Shown one piece after another: positions 10,180 to 18,463 of a DNA stretch of 64,000 nucleotides. The notes under the pieces are model-generated. The model was given only the letters and a program-made list of their open reading frames with translations, was not told where the DNA came from and ran no database searches. The position numbers were made by a program, and so were the translations under genes. How positions within the stretch are numbered: the first letter of the stretch is position 1; the number at the start of each line of letters is the position of its first letter. This stretch comes from a virus (Duplodnaviria > Caudoviricetes), in IMG/VR virus record IMGVR_UViG_3300037851_000620, positions 11,747 through 75,746 of that record; one strand, 5' to 3'.

Positions 10180-10760
10180 AACTCAAAATCGTAACAAAAG
10201 GTGGTTCAGGTTCAGGTCATTTCAATCATGAAGGACGTCCTGGTGAACAGGGTGGTAGTTTGCCTGGTACTGGTGGTGGTGCGCAAGCATCCTCAACAAG
10301 CAATTCATTTGAAGTACATGGGTCTAAAGTCAGTGTCAAGCCAGGTAGATATGAAAATTCTTTCGCATATACTGTGACGTCTTCTGATGGTGTTACATAC
10401 ACAGATTACGAAAGATCAGAGGAACAGGCAAAGAAGAAAGCAACTACGCTGGCAAAACTATTCAACAGTCCTGAAGGTAGGGCAGCACATTTGGCTGCCT
10501 CTTCTATGGCGAGCCGAGCTGATTCTGTCGCTGAATTGAAGAACGTGTTTTATCGTCAGATGAAGAACGAAGTCATCGTTGCAGATATTGATGGCTTCTA
10601 TGGAAACACTCAGGCTGCTATTGAGCTTGACGATATGAATAGATATGGCTTCAAGACTGTTGGCGACTTTGTTGCAGCCTTGGACAAAGGTGGTGCTTCG
10701 AAAGCAAAGCAAAAAAGAAGTCCCAAAGGTGCAGGTCGTTCATATTCTGTGTATGACTAA
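10176..10760 (+). CDS. Leader-peptide family protein 4 (orphan domain)
   Basis: MKLKIVTK-GGSGSGHFNHEGRPGEQGGSLPG. Confidence 0.8.
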   Translation: MKLKIVTKGGSGSGHFNHEGRPGEQGGSLPGTGGGAQASSTSNSFEVHGSKVSVKPGRYENSFAYTVTSSDGVTYTDYERSEEQAKKKATTLAKLFNSPEGRAAHLAASSMASRADSVAELKNVFYRQMKNEVIVADIDGFYGNTQAAIELDDMNRYGFKTVGDFVAALDKGGASKAKQKRSPKGAGRSYSVYD

Positions 10761-10859
10761 ACACGTAAAGAGCAAGCATTTCCAAACTATCTCTTTTCAC
10801 ATGTGTTCGCACGTAAATCATATCAAACAGGTAAATCATTTCGGAATGCTTCTTAGACT

Positions 10860-12716
10860 ATGCTAGAATCGAATGCTTCAACACCCACGTCAATTATAGA
10901 CCTGATCCGAAGTGTTTCCATACACGTCTCAGGAAACAATACGTATGCTAGATTCAGGAAAATGTATGGACACGACAGGATAGCATTCGTGTATGATTGC
11001 TTGCCGACATTTGCCAAAACGATGGCTCCATATCAAGAGGAAATATTAGGATACTTTGACAATGGTCATTACAGGGTTGCTGTAAGAGGTCCACACGGAT
11101 TAGGAAAGACGGCAATCGCAAGCATATTGGTTCACCATGGAGTTTTGACAGCAGAAACAGATGCCAAGGTTGCTACAACGGCATCAGCGTGGCGGCAGTT
11201 GGAAAAGTATCTATGGCCAGAGATTAAGAAATCCGCAAAGTTTCTAGAGTGGTCTGAGATAGGAAGAGGGATATATACAAGGGAAGAACTCCTCACAATG
11301 AGTATCAAGTTGAACCAAGGGATTGTAGAGGCATTTGCTGTAGCAAGCGATGACCATACTACAATTGAGGGTGCGCACGCAACACGAATGTTCTATGTTT
11401 TTGACGAAGCCAAGACGATACCAGGACCAACTTGGGACGCAGCAGAGGGTGCGTTTAGTAATGAAGGATTAACAATATCAGAATACGAAAGAGGAACTCC
11501 AGTAACAGGGTTAGAAAATAATTTATATAATAGTAATTCCCCTAATGGAGAAAGTAGTATAGGAAACGATTCCCGTAATGCCGTAGGTGCAGAGAACAAA
11601 AGTTCCAGTGCTGTGTATGCACGTGCTTCTGTAGAGGGTATTCAGAAGAGTGGTTCTAATAGTGTAGCAAACAAGTCCAAATCAGTCCTTCAGAACCCAC
11701 CCCTGGTCGTCCCTCATGGGCAAGGGATTGCTTCCACACGTACTCCTGCAAGCACGTTGCCAGCAACCATGTCTCCACCACGTGTCTCTGACATGATCGA
11801 GGATCACAGGCAATCACAAGTAATTAGCACTGCAAGCACTATCTATGAAGCATTAGCACTTGCAATCAGCACGCCTGGTGATCCAACAGGTCGGTTCTTT
11901 GATATACACATGCATAAGCCAGGGTATGAGGATTGGCATACTAGACACGTCACTCTAGAAGAAAGCATAGCAGCAGGACGTATTAGCAGGAAGTGGGCAG
12001 AGCAACGTGCTAGACAGTGGGGAGAAGAGAGTGCTGTGTATCAGAATCGTGTGCTTGGTGAGTTTGCTGATAACAGTGAGGATGGCATCATCCCTCGATC
12101 GTGGGTGTTACAAGCAAACGAGCGATGGCAAGCTAAACACAGGGCGGGCACACTAGACGATGATTCTCCTCGCATCCTTGGTGTAGACGTGGCACGTGGC
12201 GGCGAAGACAAAACGGTCATCGCTGTGAGGAACGGTGCGGCGGTCTCTAAAATTCACATATATTCGAAACTTGCGACCACGTCTGTCACAGGGCACGTGA
12301 AGAGTTTAGCGTCAGGCAGGAATATCCACATAGAGACTGACGGTGGTCTCGGTGCTGCGGTATATGATATGCTGAGGGAACAAGGGATTACAGGCTTGCG
12401 ACCGATTACCGTGTCCGGGAGCACGTTCTTCCGAGACAAGAGTAAGGAATTGACTTTTATCAATGTTCGTGCTGCTATGTGGTGGCACATGAGGGAATTA
12501 TTGGATCCGCACTATGGGAGCGATATATGCTTGCCACCACTGGAGGAATTGACTGCGGATTTGACGACACCACGGTGGGAGATAATGAAAGACGCCAGAG
12601 TTAAACTTGAATCAAAAGACGAAATTAGCAAGCGTTTGGGAAGAAGCACGGATTATGGAGACGCTGTTTGCTTGGCATTCTGGAATTCATCAACTGGTGG
12701 AGGAGTAGTGTTCTAA
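10860..12716 (+). CDS. terL: Terminase large subunit with ~125-aa low-complexity insertion
   Basis: Walker A VRGPHGLGKT, Walker B YVFDEA, coupling motif ISTPG, nuclease LGVDVARGGED and STDYGDA. Confidence 0.92.
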   Translation: MLESNASTPTSIIDLIRSVSIHVSGNNTYARFRKMYGHDRIAFVYDCLPTFAKTMAPYQEEILGYFDNGHYRVAVRGPHGLGKTAIASILVHHGVLTAETDAKVATTASAWRQLEKYLWPEIKKSAKFLEWSEIGRGIYTREELLTMSIKLNQGIVEAFAVASDDHTTIEGAHATRMFYVFDEAKTIPGPTWDAAEGAFSNEGLTISEYERGTPVTGLENNLYNSNSPNGESSIGNDSRNAVGAENKSSSAVYARASVEGIQKSGSNSVANKSKSVLQNPPLVVPHGQGIASTRTPASTLPATMSPPRVSDMIEDHRQSQVISTASTIYEALALAISTPGDPTGRFFDIHMHKPGYEDWHTRHVTLEESIAAGRISRKWAEQRARQWGEESAVYQNRVLGEFADNSEDGIIPRSWVLQANERWQAKHRAGTLDDDSPRILGVDVARGGEDKTVIAVRNGAAVSKIHIYSKLATTSVTGHVKSLASGRNIHIETDGGLGAAVYDMLREQGITGLRPITVSGSTFFRDKSKELTFINVRAAMWWHMRELLDPHYGSDICLPPLEELTADLTTPRWEIMKDARVKLESKDEISKRLGRSTDYGDAVCLAFWNSSTGGGVVF

Positions 12717-13081
12717 TGAACGATCTTCTTGAAAGACGTGCTAGATTCGTGTATGAAGGTGCAAGGCTTGCAAACATATCAACGAATGCTCCTATCAATC
12801 CTGTGCCATGGGAAGAACGCGAAGAGAGCTTCAAAGTACAGTTCTGTGAAGTGATTGACAGGCAAATGAGCGATGCACGATCGATGTCTCCAGAAGAACT
12901 GCATGGATCGTGGATGCAAGCATACTACACGATGGGATGGAAGTATGGCGAAGTGTATGATCGCGAGAACAAAATACACCCAGATCTTGTGCCATTTTCT
13001 ATGCTTCACAAACTTGAGCAAGACAAAGATGGGATTTTCATTGCACTATGTGAAATAGCACGGTTATGGATAACATCATGA
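12716..13081 (+). CDS. RyR-domain protein
   Basis: EELHGSWM...GWKYGEVYDRENKIHPDLVPF..L...EQDKD; start at TAATG overlap with terL. Confidence 0.8.
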   Translation: MNDLLERRARFVYEGARLANISTNAPINPVPWEEREESFKVQFCEVIDRQMSDARSMSPEELHGSWMQAYYTMGWKYGEVYDRENKIHPDLVPFSMLHKLEQDKDGIFIALCEIARLWITS

Positions 13082-13332
13082 AACTAATCATTCGTCACAA
13101 AGGTGGTCCAGGCTCTGGATTCTATGGACACGTTGGACGTCCAGGTCAGGTGGGAGGATCACAAGCGTCTAATACACAAACATATACAAAGCCATCAAAA
13201 GAGACACATGCTGGTCTTCTAGACACACGTAAAAATCCATTCGTGCCTGGAGCGTGGAGATCTTGGCTTCTGTGCGGATATTGTATACAGAAGCATCAAG
13301 AAGTGGGCAGGAAAAGGTTTGCAAAGCATTGA
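13078..13332 (+). CDS. Leader-peptide family protein 5, possibly frameshifted (continuation in another frame 13223-13423)
   Basis: MKLIIRHK-GGPGSGFYGHVGRPGQVGGS; ATGA-coupled start at 13078. Confidence 0.65.
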   Translation: MKLIIRHKGGPGSGFYGHVGRPGQVGGSQASNTQTYTKPSKETHAGLLDTRKNPFVPGAWRSWLLCGYCIQKHQEVGRKRFAKH

Positions 13333-13419
13333 TTATGAAGCGTATGCTGAGATCCTTACCAGACTCAATTTACTTGATGAATATGCTGCGTGCATAGAAA
13401 TCATGAAGAAGTATATGCC

Positions 13420-14004
13420 ATGAAATTTATTCTTTGCGCAGGTCAGGCTACACGGTGGATTTATCATACACCAAAACAACTCATCGAAGTCGATGGCGAG
13501 TCGTTGTTGTATAGAACAGAAAGGCTCATTGGAAATACTGGGATAGTTGTGTCGTCTAATAAAGGTATATTGAAGCACGCACAAGCGTACGAGTTCCGCA
13601 CTCACATCCCAGTTTGGCAAGAAACTATCGTACACTCTATTGTGTCTACTGCTAATCTTTGGGAAGACGTCAATACGTTCTATCTTGGAGACGTGTACTT
13701 CACAGACGAGTGTATGAAGACAATAGAGACGAGTGTGGTGTACGATATCCATTTCATCGGTTCGAAGCGTGAGATATTTGCTGTAAAGATTAGGAATACA
13801 GATATGTCGAAGGGCATGCTGACTGCGTGCACACGCATTGAGGATTGCAAACTTTGGAATTTGTATTATTACATAGCATTAGGTAATGCAAAGCCAGGCA
13901 ATCATACAGAGCCGTTGTCAGACAGCCTGTTTACCGTTATAGACGATAAAACACGTGACTTTGATCAATATTCGGACTATATAAATTTTAGGCGCAATAG
14001 ATGA
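13420..14004 (+). CDS. Sugar-phosphate nucleotidyltransferase-like (NTP_transferase fold)
   Basis: FILCAGQATRW, PKQLIEVDGESLL, FYLGDVYF, DFD; start at ATG 13420. Confidence 0.7.
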   Translation: MKFILCAGQATRWIYHTPKQLIEVDGESLLYRTERLIGNTGIVVSSNKGILKHAQAYEFRTHIPVWQETIVHSIVSTANLWEDVNTFYLGDVYFTDECMKTIETSVVYDIHFIGSKREIFAVKIRNTDMSKGMLTACTRIEDCKLWNLYYYIALGNAKPGNHTEPLSDSLFTVIDDKTRDFDQYSDYINFRRNR

Positions 14005-14494
14005 TAGAGACACTGACCTGGATTCTTCCTAGACCAAGAACAAATCCTTCATATAAAGGAGGATTTCCACGTCACTTTGAAGTGAAACTGATGCGCTTGT
14101 ATAACATGCCAGACCTTGTGCTTCATCCTTTTGAGGAAAGGCAGAGTGGGGGATGGTACAAGATCTTAAGTTAGATATTGAGCCAGACATTGTTGCAGAT
14201 GCTCACAATTTACCATATGATGATGAAACGTTCGATTTTATTGTGTTCGATCCTCCATATTCTGCACAAGAATCTGAATATATGTATGGTACTCCTCCTA
14301 TCAGGCTTATCTATTGCGTGAATGAATCTGTGCGTGTGTTGAAGACAGGAGGTTATATAGCTTTATACCATCGAGTTTGGATTCCTCGTCCAAAACATAC
14401 AAAATACGATAAGAGGATATTAGTTTGTCCTGGGCAATGGCATGAGACGAGAACGTGTCATGTATTTCAGAAGTACGCTGGAGAATATAAGTGA
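14001..14494 (+). pseudogene. DNA N6-adenine/N4-cytosine methyltransferase split by a 1-nt frameshift near 14133
   Basis: Frame A ...VLHPF; frame B GKAEWG...DIVADAHNLPY...FDPPYS; one extra G restores HPFGGKAEWG. Confidence 0.7.
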
Positions 14495-14745
14495 AGAAAA
14501 ATGCATCTGTAATTGCAAAAGCTGCTAAAATTATTGACGATTTACGCAAAGAAAACGCTCAATTGCGTAAAATCAATGCTGAAAACACGCTATTATTGTG
14601 TATTTTATGTCTAAATCAGCCAGAATATACACTTGTTGCAATGAAACAGGACTTTGATCCTAGGAATTATGTCTTGAAGCGTAATTATAATAGCGAAACA
14701 AGCCAATATACAGTACAATTGGTTAAAAAAGAGGAATCTTTATGA
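14491..14745 (+). CDS. Hypothetical protein
   Basis: GTGA-coupled ORF with N-terminal coiled coil. Confidence 0.6.
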   Translation: MKKNASVIAKAAKIIDDLRKENAQLRKINAENTLLLCILCLNQPEYTLVAMKQDFDPRNYVLKRNYNSETSQYTVQLVKKEESL

Positions 14746-14978
14746 TTTATGTAGACGATATGCGCGACGGTTGGTGCCACATGGTAACAGATGGCGACAT
14801 TGAAGAATTGCATACGTTTGCTCAAGGCATAGGTCTGAAACGTTCCTGGTTTCAGATTACAAACAATCCGCACTACGATTTGAAAGGCTTCGCGAAGCGC
14901 GAAGAGGCAATAAAGAATGGAGCCAAGCCTGTGACGTCACGTGAAATGATTTCCATTCTAAGGAGTGTGCGTGCATGA
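14742..14978 (+). CDS. DUF4031-family protein
   Basis: IYVDD, WCHMVTD, EELHTFAQGIGLKRSWFQ, HYDL. Confidence 0.82.
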   Translation: MIYVDDMRDGWCHMVTDGDIEELHTFAQGIGLKRSWFQITNNPHYDLKGFAKREEAIKNGAKPVTSREMISILRSVRA

Positions 14979-15655
14979 AGATAAGACTGAAGATAAGACT
15001 GAAGATAAGACTGAAGGGAGGCTCAGGTTCTGGTCACTTTGATCATGCAGGCATTCCTGGGCATCAAGGTGGCAGTCTGCCAGGGAATTCAACTGCTGTT
15101 TCATATTCAGGTGTGTCGACAACTGCTACATCGCGTTCAAGAATGCCAGAAGCCAATAGAGTCATGCTACAAAATATTGCAAAACGTCTTGGATATAACA
15201 AGCCACTCGTTTTTAAAGACACTGTTAATCCAGGAGATTCCAACTTGATGGGCGATTATGATGTCGAAACAGGCGTCATAACAATATACGATAATGCTTG
15301 GAGAGAGGGAGTATCTAAACAGGCTGTTGCTCATGAAGTCACGCATGCACAGTATCACGATGTTCTTGATGCTGTGGTGAATGAAGATGCACGTGTTGAT
15401 AATTACACACGCTTTGTTCAAAATAATTGGGACTCATTGTACGAAGCTGGGTCTAAGATAGAATGGTCAGATTATGCAAAGTCCTTCTGGGACGATACGT
15501 CTCCAGACGACGAGATTGACCATGCATTAGGTGAAACATATGCTGAGCTTGCTAGATTAGAAAGCAAGCAAATAGACATTTCTGGCAAGTTCGGGGACTC
15601 TATTTTGATACAATCTTACAGGGAGTTCAAGAAAGCATATGAAAACATCAAGTAG
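14975..15655 (+). CDS. Leader-peptide family protein 6 with zincin metallopeptidase-like domain
   Basis: (KIRL)x3-K-GGSGSGHFDHAGIPGHQGGS; VAHEVTH at 15332; downstream ETYAE. Confidence 0.72.
   Translation: MKIRLKIRLKIRLKGGSGSGHFDHAGIPGHQGGSLPGNSTAVSYSGVSTTATSRSRMPEANRVMLQNIAKRLGYNKPLVFKDTVNPGDSNLMGDYDVETGVITIYDNAWREGVSKQAVAHEVTHAQYHDVLDAVVNEDARVDNYTRFVQNNWDSLYEAGSKIEWSDYAKSFWDDTSPDDEIDHALGETYAELARLESKQIDISGKFGDSILIQSYREFKKAYENIK
14978..15016 (+). repeat. In-frame tandem repeat (AAGATAAGACTG)x3 + AAG encoding KIRLKIRLKIRLK
   Basis: Exact 12-nt unit read directly from the sequence. Confidence 0.95.
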
Positions 15656-16760
15656 AGTTATGTATTTAGACGATGACTTCAATATAGTCTCAAAAGACAA
15701 GGCGACTATTTCCAAAGTCTGGAAGGCTGATGGAAGCATAGAATTTCGTGCTATGCGATCTACGAAAGTGCGTTTGAAGGGAGGCTCAGGCTCTGGGCAT
15801 TTCCAACATCGTGGTCGTCCAGGACAAGTTGGTGGAAGCACAGCAGATAATCAAGCTGCATATGAGGCACGATTAGCAGCAGCATTGAATGCTGAGGACA
15901 CTGATAAGTGGGAAGCTGACAAGGTAAAAGATTTGCTTGCAGATACGAGTCGTTGGGAGTTAGATACATCTTATGCTACAGAGCGTGGTGCTAATGGTAT
16001 CTCAAAGACTGCAAAAATCCATATCCAAGGTGATGGCTATGCTATCATCAAACAGCCGTATTATAAAGATCCGGCAATGCCAGGCGATGTGTCTGTATAT
16101 TCCACTGAGAATGATCCTTACAAAGAAGAAGATACTTATTTGTTAGCACAAGCTCTTGGTTGGGATGTCGTTCCTGTTGGTGCATATGCAAGTGATACAA
16201 AAAACATTGTTGGTGGAGGTTTAGTATCTGTTCAACAGTGGGTTGACGATGTGCAAAGTGTGCACAGTTATATGGGAAAACCACAAAAAGACAAAGACGT
16301 CGATCTTGAAAGATTTAGACAGGTTGCGTGGATCGATACTATTACAGGAAACTATGATCGTCATGGTGCTAATTTATTGATAAAAAGTGTGAATGGTGTT
16401 GCAACTCCTGTGGCTATCGACAATGGCATAGCGTGGGATATAAAACGTTACGATTATGATCGTAAGGTTCGAGACAGTGGTTTGTCATTCTACGACAATG
16501 TCATGAATTCGGACAGTCATTATGGCGATGTACTTTCGCAAACACAGGCGCATAACAATGAAGGAAGATTTCCATTAGGAAAACAGATATCTCGTAGACA
16601 ATACAATCAAGTGAAATCATTCTTAGACACTGATAGTCCAACTCGTAGACAGTTTATCTCGCATTATGGAGATGAATGGCTTGCGCGAGCAAAATTGCGT
16701 GTGGATGGTGTGCGAGAATCTGCAGACAGACGCCTGTTTGGATACTCGTGGACAGACTGA
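15639..16760 (+). CDS. Leader-peptide family protein 7 with PI3/PI4-kinase / HipA-like kinase domain
   Basis: VRLK-GGSGSGHFQHRGRPGQVGGS at 15780; EEDTYLLAQALGWDVVP, SVQQWV, GNYDRHGANLL, VAIDNG. Confidence 0.78.
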   Translation: MKTSSRVMYLDDDFNIVSKDKATISKVWKADGSIEFRAMRSTKVRLKGGSGSGHFQHRGRPGQVGGSTADNQAAYEARLAAALNAEDTDKWEADKVKDLLADTSRWELDTSYATERGANGISKTAKIHIQGDGYAIIKQPYYKDPAMPGDVSVYSTENDPYKEEDTYLLAQALGWDVVPVGAYASDTKNIVGGGLVSVQQWVDDVQSVHSYMGKPQKDKDVDLERFRQVAWIDTITGNYDRHGANLLIKSVNGVATPVAIDNGIAWDIKRYDYDRKVRDSGLSFYDNVMNSDSHYGDVLSQTQAHNNEGRFPLGKQISRRQYNQVKSFLDTDSPTRRQFISHYGDEWLARAKLRVDGVRESADRRLFGYSWTD

Positions 16761-16763
16761 GGA

Positions 16764-16773
16764 CAAGTTTAGT
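16764..16773 (+). promoter_or_regulatory. CAAGTTTAGT repeated motif
   Basis: Intergenic, 16 nt before ATG 16790. Confidence 0.6.
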
Positions 16774-16789
16774 ATAAATAGAGGCAATC

Positions 16790-17017
16790 ATGGTGAAATA
16801 TTCATTTTATGAGCGTGATGATTCTGGAACGAAACTTGTTGGGACTGTTTCAGTTGCTGACAACAAGGTTATTTGGAATATTCCAGATTGGCTTCAAGAG
16901 GATATGAGCAAGCGTATTATGCCTGATGGCAAGCCTTTCGATAGGTTTAATCCTGTCCATGTTGCGCAGATTCCTGCTGAATACAGGTATTCACGATTGT
17001 TTGTAGAAATATTGTAA
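16790..17017 (+). CDS. Small hypothetical protein (possible partner/immunity of the upstream kinase)
   Basis: RBS GAGG; directly follows the kinase gene. Confidence 0.65.
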   Translation: MVKYSFYERDDSGTKLVGTVSVADNKVIWNIPDWLQEDMSKRIMPDGKPFDRFNPVHVAQIPAEYRYSRLFVEIL

Positions 17018-17037
17018 GGTATAATAAAAATAAATTT

Positions 17038-17433
17038 ATGGCGAAACTTTTAGTGATACTTCAAAATGCATATAAAGCACCAAGAGGCTTCAAGCCATCT
17101 ATGTCAAATAGATGTTTTCTGAAGTCACGGACAGGATCAAGACTTCAGAGAATATTGCCCGTTGGTGTCGATGTTTATATCATCAATGCTTCTCCTGAAA
17201 TTGGAAATCATGCAACGTCTAATTATTCTCCACAACCAGACTATGTGCAGAATGAATTAGACGCTGTTATGCCGGATGTTATTTTAGCTTGTGGTAACAA
17301 TGCTAAGAAAGTTATAAACTTGCTGAATTTGCAAGTTCCAGTAATTTCTATGAAGCATCCAGCATCTAGAACACTTACAAACACTGAGCTGTATGCTGTA
17401 AAGAATGAGCTATCAGAGTGTTTCAAGAGATGA
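17038..17433 (+). CDS. Uracil-DNA glycosylase-superfamily-like protein
   Basis: LVILQNAY, PDVILACGNNA, MKHPASR resemble UDG-fold motifs. Confidence 0.5.
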   Translation: MAKLLVILQNAYKAPRGFKPSMSNRCFLKSRTGSRLQRILPVGVDVYIINASPEIGNHATSNYSPQPDYVQNELDAVMPDVILACGNNAKKVINLLNLQVPVISMKHPASRTLTNTELYAVKNELSECFKR

Positions 17434-17437
17434 GTTA

Positions 17438-17521
17438 ATGGAAATCTTGTTTTGGGTTATTGGGATCATTGTGCTGGCTGTTTTGTATAGATCAGCAGCG
17501 AATATTTTAAATTCCAGATAG
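17438..17521 (+). CDS. Small single-TM peptide (27 aa)
   Basis: MEILFWVIGIIVLAVLYRSAANILNSR, translated by hand. Confidence 0.45.
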   Translation: MEILFWVIGIIVLAVLYRSAANILNSR

Positions 17522-17531
17522 GGAGGCAATC

Positions 17532-17645
17532 ATGGCTGGAACAAGAAAAGGATTGACTACATGGTTAGCATGGAAGATTTTATGTCTATTGTTGCTCGTT
17601 TTGGTGATAATGTCTTGCGTGGCATTGAATATATTGTTTGCTTGA
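17532..17645 (+). CDS. Small single-TM peptide (37 aa)
   Basis: GGAGG RBS at 17522; MAGTRKGLTTWLAWKILCLLLLVLVIMSCVALNILFA. Confidence 0.5.
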   Translation: MAGTRKGLTTWLAWKILCLLLLVLVIMSCVALNILFA

Positions 17646-17714
17646 TTGTCATAGCTATAATATTGACATTTCTTGGACTGTTAGCATTTTTCAACATGCT
17701 AATTGGAGATTGAA

Positions 17715-17825
17715 ATGGAATATCTTATACTCGTCCTCGTGATCGTTGTTTTTGCATATGTAAGTATTATGTCTCACACTGGAAAGAGAATCAAGCTATT
17801 TTGGAACGATTCTAAGCGGAGGTAG
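17715..17825 (+). CDS. Small single-TM peptide (36 aa)
   Basis: GGAG upstream; MEYLILVLVIVVFAYVSIMSHTGKRIKLFWNDSKRR. Confidence 0.5.
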   Translation: MEYLILVLVIVVFAYVSIMSHTGKRIKLFWNDSKRR

Positions 17826-17827
17826 AT

Positions 17828-18463
17828 TTGGCATTTTATTGGGTTGAAGAGTCTTGTCAAATTCAAAACTTGCCTGATATTCTTCTCTCTGTATTTGGGG
17901 AGAAGAGTGATGGTACGTTTGTTGAGGTTGGTGCATATGACGGTCGCACATATTCCAATACATATGGCTTGGCACGTATAGGTTGGCATGGCTTGTATAT
18001 TGAGGGGATAAAAGAATTCTACGAGCGTTGTGTTGGAAATCACAAACATAACACAAGAATTTCATGCGTGAATGCGTTTGTAAGTGATCATATAGGAACA
18101 CGAGCCGTGTACAAATTTGGAGAATGTTACACTATCGATCATGCGTTTGCGATGATACAAAACTGGAACATTCAACCAGAATTCTTTACAACGATTTTAC
18201 CATTAGGCGATATTCTAAAAGAGTACAGCATTCTACCAGGATTTGATCTTCTTGTTACGGATACAGACGGCAATGATTTTACAATTCTGAACGGTTTCGA
18301 CACTGATTATTGGATGCCGAAAATGATAATTTCTGAGGCTCATGAAGGTCATGAGACTGAGTTGTTCGATATGTATGCGGCTGATATCAATTCTCTGATG
18401 GATTCAAGGGGATATACAAAGATATACACAGATCATATCAATAACATATACGTGAGGTTGTAA
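17828..18463 (+). CDS. FkbM-family SAM methyltransferase
   Basis: FVEVGAYDGRTYSNT, GLYIEG, DLLVTDTDGND; GGAGG RBS, TTG start. Confidence 0.85.
   Translation: MAFYWVEESCQIQNLPDILLSVFGEKSDGTFVEVGAYDGRTYSNTYGLARIGWHGLYIEGIKEFYERCVGNHKHNTRISCVNAFVSDHIGTRAVYKFGECYTIDHAFAMIQNWNIQPEFFTTILPLGDILKEYSILPGFDLLVTDTDGNDFTILNGFDTDYWMPKMIISEAHEGHETELFDMYAADINSLMDSRGYTKIYTDHINNIYVRL

Noticed and set aside
11469-11843. Intein in TerL
   Set aside because: No Cys/Ser-start block A, no terminal His-Asn and no LAGLIDADG motif. Kept only as an unexplained insertion.
14132-14134. Stop-codon reassignment (TGA read-through)
   Set aside because: The two methyltransferase halves are in different frames, and all other genes translate intact and end at TAA, TAG or TGA under the standard code.
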